Part shown: positions 58,640 through 64,000 of the stretch, piece after piece | Layout: each line of letters opens with the position of its first letter | How positions within the stretch are numbered: the first letter of the stretch is position 1 | The notes under the pieces: generated by a model | The model's input: the letters and a program-made list of their open reading frames with translations, nothing else | Database searches by the model: none | Told to the model about the DNA's origin: nothing | Translations under genes and position numbers: made by a program | Source of the DNA: Raillietiella orientalis | Taxonomy: Eukaryota | Direction: 5' to 3' | NCBI GenBank assembly: GCA_036172245.1 | Contig: JAYWIR010000009.1 | Span: forward strand, 1-64,000 | DNA length: 64,000 bases

Positions 58640-59662
58640 TTTGCTTCTTTGCCAGGTTAGGGTGGGTCGGGACCCGTGCAACGTAGGCACGGACTATGGT
58701 GATGGAAATGGGAGCAAGGAATAGCCGGATAATCCGTTACCATGGATGCCGAATCTTGGCCCCGGACCTCCCGCGCATGCTGGAGGTTGATTGTTGACTT
58801 GCCGGTCAGAAGACCTCGAAGGAGCTGTTGCAATCGCCTTCCGCAGGTTACAAGCAGGAATGGCCCTAGTCGATCGTTCCTCACTCCCATGGACAGTCAG
58901 CTCGGGTTTCTCGCCTCCGCAGTAATGTGCGAACGCGGCTGTTTATCCCATCAGGCAAGCTCTTTGCGATCGCCCTTACCTTGTTCTCTACCACTTGTCG
59001 AGAACGGAGTGTTCCCGTGGGATCCAAGGCAGCGAAGGCGCGAAATGGAAGTTTCCGCGTTTTCTTCCTTTCTGTGGGACGGGTCGGTGGGCTACCGCTT
59101 CCGTGGGAAGGCAACGCGCGAGTGCGCGCTCACGAGTGGGCAAGGCGAGGGCGACGGAAAATCGTCTGTCGAGGACAGCGAAGTCCTCCTGAACCGTGTA
59201 TGAGCTTTCTCGACGCGCATGCGAAGTGTCTTCTTCCGCTCGCAGGCTGCAGGCTTTTGCTCCCTTTTCGTGCACCTGTTTCCGAAGGTCGGATGCGTAT
59301 TTCAGCGACCCCGCGTTGGCTGCTCAACCCTGACATCGCGGATGGGCAGTTGCTCCGGAAACGGCATCTTCCGCGTTAGTGTGCTTTGCGAGCTCGTGTG
59401 CATCGGTCTAAGTGCTCCCTCTGCGCGAGGAACACGGTGCTTTTTTTTGTCCACGGTGAGAACTCCCTTCAACATGGAGGGCTTCGAGCGAGAGGGTATC
59501 TCCAAAGGACAGAAAGAATGCATTTGGAAACGGAGGGCTTGCTAGAGGAAGACGCAAGCACATTAGTGCACTTGTCGATCTCCTTATGGAATCGTTTCTG
59601 TCCAACATGCAATTCTTAGTTTCAAATTGGTTTTCTCATCTTCAATAAACGCTCCGGGCCAT
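58640..59662 (+). mobile_element. Older, diverged 3' end of a related non-LTR element
   Basis: RHLPR*..RARVHRSKCSLC resembles the zf-RVT segment. Ends AATAAACGCTCCGGG (59644), where the GC content drops. Confidence 0.45.
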
Positions 59663-60077
59663 CAGATAATAAACCAAGGATGAATTTTTTTTTCTTTCGA
59701 GATGAAGTTTCTGTCCTTATCGGATCGTACACATAGTCCAATAAGGACGAACCATACATTTGAAGCCGTCAGATTGGTGTGCGACAACACTCAGGACTTT
59801 CTTGTGTTTTTGGTTACATAGACGATATGCATGTCTCACCAAATCAACTCTGAGATTATAGGGGTGTTTAGGCATTGTGGTCACTCAACTGTGTATGAGG
59901 AAGCCGGATGTGAAAAAGCCTCACCCAATTCAAAAATCTCATACTCCTCCAAACAAGTCCCAGAACCATGGCAACATGGGTCACCAAACAATCAGGATGA
60001 AGATACCTGTGAGAACAAGGTAAAATAAAAAAAATTAATTAACATTAACCTGGGTTTCCTATGTCCATTAGGTTGTA

Positions 60078-60312
60078 CCACAGACCTATAGGGATGTATG
60101 GGATATCACAGACCTGTAGGGATGAATCACAGACCTATAGGAATGTATGGGATATCACAGACCTGTAGGGATGAATCACAGACCTATAGGGATGAATCAG
60201 ACCTATACGGATGAATCAGACCTATACGGATGAATCAGACCTATACGGATGAATCACAGACATATACCGACGAATCACAGGCCTAGAGGTGTGAATCACA
60301 CATCTATAGGGG
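60078..60312. repeat. Minisatellite with core CAGACCTATA(G/C)GGATG; units of 28, 21 and 19 bp
   Basis: About 11 visible units, e.g. CACAGACCTGTAGGGATGAAT and CAGACCTATACGGATGAAT x3. Confidence 0.9.
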
Positions 60313-60394
60313 TGCATTCGAACCAGCTAAAAAAGAGTTGCTTATACAGTTCCTTACTGACGAGACAGTTCCTTCTAATGCATCTCCTAGTTTA

Positions 60395-60920
60395 GATATT
60401 ACAACTTATTAAAGATGGAAAATCTGAGACCTGGATACCACACATACTGGTAAACCACACAAGATTTTATACAAAGAACATAAACTTCGTAAAAGAATGC
60501 TTTAGAAAACACTAAGTGGCTCAACCAACAGTTGAGCCACTAACGAGATTACAATTATGCTGTCAACTTAATCTACTCTTTATATTAAAATCTCCACCAC
60601 ACCAACGCAACATTACTGGTTCAGCAACCCAAAAGGAAAGTGGAAAAGCAACAGCTAAACACCTCTATCCTCCAATAGGAAACGCCATATACTTGAAACA
60701 GCAGACGCCGCACACCCATATCAAGGTGAAAAAATAGTCATAATTGACTTCACTAAAGACAACAATGAAAATGCTCTATCGCGATTTATAGAAAGAATAA
60801 GACGGTATCATCATGAATCCTAAATATCAAGGTAAAATTAAATGTTTCAATGCACCACACGTGATCATATTTGCCAACTGGGAACCAGATACAACCAAAC
60901 TCAGCGAAGATGGATTGTGA
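60395..60920 (+). pseudogene. rep: Endogenous CRESS-DNA-virus Rep remnant (SF3 helicase domain), frameshifted
   Basis: Manual translation across frameshifts gives PPHQRNI.YWFSNPKG.SGK (Walker A), YQGEKIVIIDF (Walker B) and DGIIMNPKYQGKIKCFNAPHVIIFANWEPDTTKLSED (B', motif C). Confidence 0.8.
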
Positions 60921-61019
60921 AACGAATAGAAGAACCACAGAGAAAGAAAACCATGCTCACCATAAATAATGAAGGCATTATTGTTGAACTCCAACAAAAG
61001 CAATAAAAATTTATTTCAC

Positions 61020-61330
61020 CAATCAGGGCAACGAGCATTTTAAAATTGAAAGTACATAGTACGATGCAAACGAACAGGGGAATGAGCTTTCAAATGAAAT
61101 CCATCCAACCAAGCACTAGGCACGTTAAACCCAGATATATGCTTGATAATATTTCCATACAAGCCCATAACTCTAACCTTCATATCGTATGCATTATCGG
61201 TATCACTTCCGTCTCCTAATATAGATATCACCAAGCAAATTAGTTTCCAACTGAACTACAGGAGTATAAACTGATCCCTTTCCAGACTACCCTATTGTTC
61301 GTTGCCACGCATTTAGCAGCTGGAACATAT
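61020..61330 (-). pseudogene. Possible capsid C-terminus of the same CRESS virus (convergent with rep)
   Basis: ORF 61040-61234 ends ..RLHRTMYFQF. Convergent orientation, with opposed AATAAA signals at 61002-61015. Confidence 0.35.
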
Positions 61331-61599
61331 GTTGAAGGTGGGTGTCAGTGAACCAAACTCCAACATATCATTGTATTCATTGTATATATATACAAGATTA
61401 TGAAAGTATATGTTCTGTTTTGTTTCTGTATGGAATAAAACGGAATATTCAATGAATTTGCGAATTCGGAATTCAAAAGGTATGGATTGACGAGAGCATC
61501 AAAATGACTCAAAAAAAAAATTTGACTCCTTTAGAATCTGTCATTTTCGTCAATTCGTGCAAAACATGGATGGTTCGACAGATGCAAGACCTGACAGGC

Positions 61600-62112
61600 A
61601 GCTCAAGAATCACCCATCCTTCTGCAAAAGCATCAATTTGCGAAACCTACGAAAACATGGAGTTATTAGAATCCCTACTGGTACACGGACTATATGTACT
61701 CTTTGAATACGGTGCCATAGCCTGGCTTCTCTCCTCTCTTCCCTGCTTCTCGTTCCTATTTTGGGGTCCTCTGCCTTGTGGAGGGGAGAAAGCCACCTAC
61801 TAGTAGACTGCTATCTTTCGGACAATGTGGAAACACTTCTTCATTAACCCTCAAATCCCTTAAACTATATGAGAACTGGCGGAGCTCCTTTTCACTAGGA
61901 GAGGCCACCTACCTCGGCGATCGTAACCGTTGCTACAGCGGCATAATAGCAGTTTGCCTCCCACCCTTCCATGTGAATCTCGCATCACAACCTGTTCGCG
62001 ACCAGTGGTCCTTTCTGGACTGTAATCGAAGAAATAATTCCACAACGAATGAACACTGTTTTCTAGTGACTGCTTTTCTAATGACCTTACAATAAATGCC
62101 CCGGCGTGACTC
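61600..62112 (+). mobile_element. Degenerate 3' end of another element with the same terminal motif
   Basis: AATAAATGCCCCGGCGTGAC at 62091-62110. Weak zf-RVT-like ICETYE..HG..LFE..W upstream. Confidence 0.4.
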
Positions 62113-62846
62113 ACTGGACATAAAACTCGTTGTTAGTAGGTATATTTAGTGCACACTACTATCAAGCCATCTTCATTTTCTGGTGCATCAATTCTGAATA
62201 ACCCTCCCTGAAAAATTCCCGTATCGAATGGTACACCTAGCCTCAGTGATCATAGGATAAAAGCTCGAACTCAGAAACGAAAATAAAGCAATACAAGCAA
62301 TGTATGAAAAGGTGCATCACTCAAAGAAAGGTGCACGAATGAGTGGAGGAGTTTACGAATGACACAATGAGTGCATCCGACGCAGACAATCCAGACCTGA
62401 CTGTGGCAACAGCAAACCATGTCGAAAAAGTAAATCCCCTCGTTGAATGCAACAGACGTACGCTACCACTATTGAAGCAGTCTACATAGTCTACATATTG
62501 CACATAATGCGCACCACCATAGAGAACACTGGTGGAGAACCTATGGCACGCGTGCCAGTAGTTCCACGGACGAAAATTTTCGCGGCATGCCATTAAGTAA
62601 AAAAAAAAAGTTAATCACAAAACTAATTTGAATCCTATCAGTCGACCAATTTGCTTAGAATTCCAGGACTTCCCCTTGTGGAATCACACGTGTTTGTCAT
62701 GCATTTTCGACTGTACAATCGCCAGTGTGCACAAATAAAGTACGGCACTTGTATTATTGTTGTGAATGCGACGACTTTCTGAAGATAAAGTTTTTAGTGA
62801 AGGTGTGTATTATTCTTTGATATTTCTTCTTACCGTACTAAATAAC

Positions 62847-63400
62847 ATGGATGTTCAACATATAAAACAAAAACTATCGGAATCCAGCAATTTTGACTTC
62901 CAAACCAGGTGGACTGCAAATTATGGCATGACCAACAAAGATAATACAGCTGTATGTGTCGTACGTTCAGAAACAGTTGCATGTAGGACGTCGTAAGTAA
63001 ATCGGCATTATAAGAGGAAGGAAGCGTAAATCGCTCCTTGAGATAAGACGAACAGAAAAAATTCATTACTCAGGCAATTGAAAACAGAAACATTCAATTA
63101 AACGCCTTGATAGAGTTTATCGGAAATCGTTCAAATATAACCCCCGCTACTTTTTTCGTTTCAAATGAAATTGCCAAACATGGAAAACCAGAACAGGGAA
63201 AACATCATTCCAAGAATGAAAGATATGCCATTGGCCAGAAACACTTTGAAAGACAGAATATTGGAAATGGCGAAAATACGACGTATAAGCAAAAAATTGA
63301 TATAAAAATCTTCCGCTTGAATTTCTCTTTGCCTTGAAAAAAGTACCAGCGTGGTAAGGATGGCAGCAGGGAACCCTTTGCACGATATGTATTGGCATAG
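62847..63400 (+). pseudogene. hAT-superfamily (GTF2IRD2/Charlie/SPIN-like) transposase N-terminal remnant
   Basis: FQTRWTANYG..K..AVCVV.SETVA..NRHY (BED-like) and ATFFVSNEIAKHGKP. Confidence 0.6.
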
Positions 63401-64000
63401 CAATTTTCCGCTACCTCACGAATGTTTCTTTGCCAAGTTGATATTTCCCTCTCCGGAGAAGCATTGATAAGACTTTTCATCACAATTGATTCGATTCTGT
63501 AAAATGCATAGTGATATGCAACTCTTGTCTTCATGCAGGATTGTCACCCACAAATATTTCCTTACTAATACATCACTAAACATTAGTAAGCTATGGCAAC
63601 CGTATGGCTGTAGAGTCGGGTAGCCGCTATCTCCAGGTATCGGCGGAACGACACAACCGGGAGATGCACTCTTTGAACGGTAATATACGGTTCTACACTG
63701 AGGAAGGGTGGAGTCGTTTAGAAACCGCTCAAGAGTTGCACCACTATGCCTGGGGCACCGAGGCGGTAAAAAACACATAAATGTGAGTGTTCATTTCGTG
63801 CTACTCGCTGTGGTTACCGGTTGCTCCACAATGTAAGTGCAGCAATGGGCTTCTGAGAAGCTTCAGGGTGATGAAATTTGATGGTGGAAGCACTTGCAAG
63901 TTAATACATAATAAAAATGCGTAAATTTCATTTGAAATGGTAAAATAGCAATTCCAACCAGGCTCAACACTGTTTAAGTTCCTTCATGGACACAAAATAA

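Noticed and set aside
1..59600. Hundreds of overlapping and antisense ORFs (e.g. 9622-11043, 50283-51725, 53778-55052, 56338-57609)
   Set aside because: These are shadow frames of GC-rich retrotransposon ORFs with no independent motifs.
60078..60312. CRISPR-like array
   Set aside because: The units are contiguous with no unique spacers, there are no cas genes, and the context is eukaryotic.
60515..60541. Perfect 11-bp hairpin AGTGGCTCAAC-CAACA-GTTGAGCCACT as the CRESS origin
   Set aside because: The loop lacks a NANTATTAC-type nonamer and the hairpin lies inside the Rep remnant. Its origin is unknown.
63416..63778. 120-aa minus-strand ORF and other short flank ORFs as host genes
   Set aside because: No recognisable domain or supportable exon structure.

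Overview
Eukaryotic DNA, probably animal; the host cannot be identified from the sequence. Bases 1 to ~59.6 kb are a continuous GC-rich nest of L1/Tx1-clade non-LTR retrotransposons with essentially no spacer DNA. Each has ORF1 (RRM-like region plus CCHC knuckles) and ORF2 (APE endonuclease, RT with YADD, C-terminal CxxC..H..C/zf-RVT). There are about 10 related families (my labels A-N), in both orientations and mostly decayed. Main result: the junctions are not random. Family B inserts antisense at the same nucleotide of the ORF2 linker motif LPxGFG(E/D)G (4 junctions). Families E/I/H insert antisense at the RT motif DL(H/R)KAFD (3 junctions). Families A/L insert in sense at ATTTC(A/C)AT in the APE GDFN or RT DLHK codons. 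A, B and C also form head-to-tail tandems separated by one target copy. Every element ends in AATAAA plus a CCCGG-loop-CCGGG hairpin with no poly(A) tail, and most start with a GGACGTG motif. The interpretation (inference) is a community of target-specific retrotransposons that use each other's conserved coding motifs as landing sites. The AT-rich flank (59.6-64 kb) holds a minisatellite, a decayed endogenous CRESS-DNA-virus Rep with a possible convergent Cap, one more degenerate retroelement 3' end and a hAT-like transposase remnant. All comparisons were made by eye; no alignments or database searches were run.
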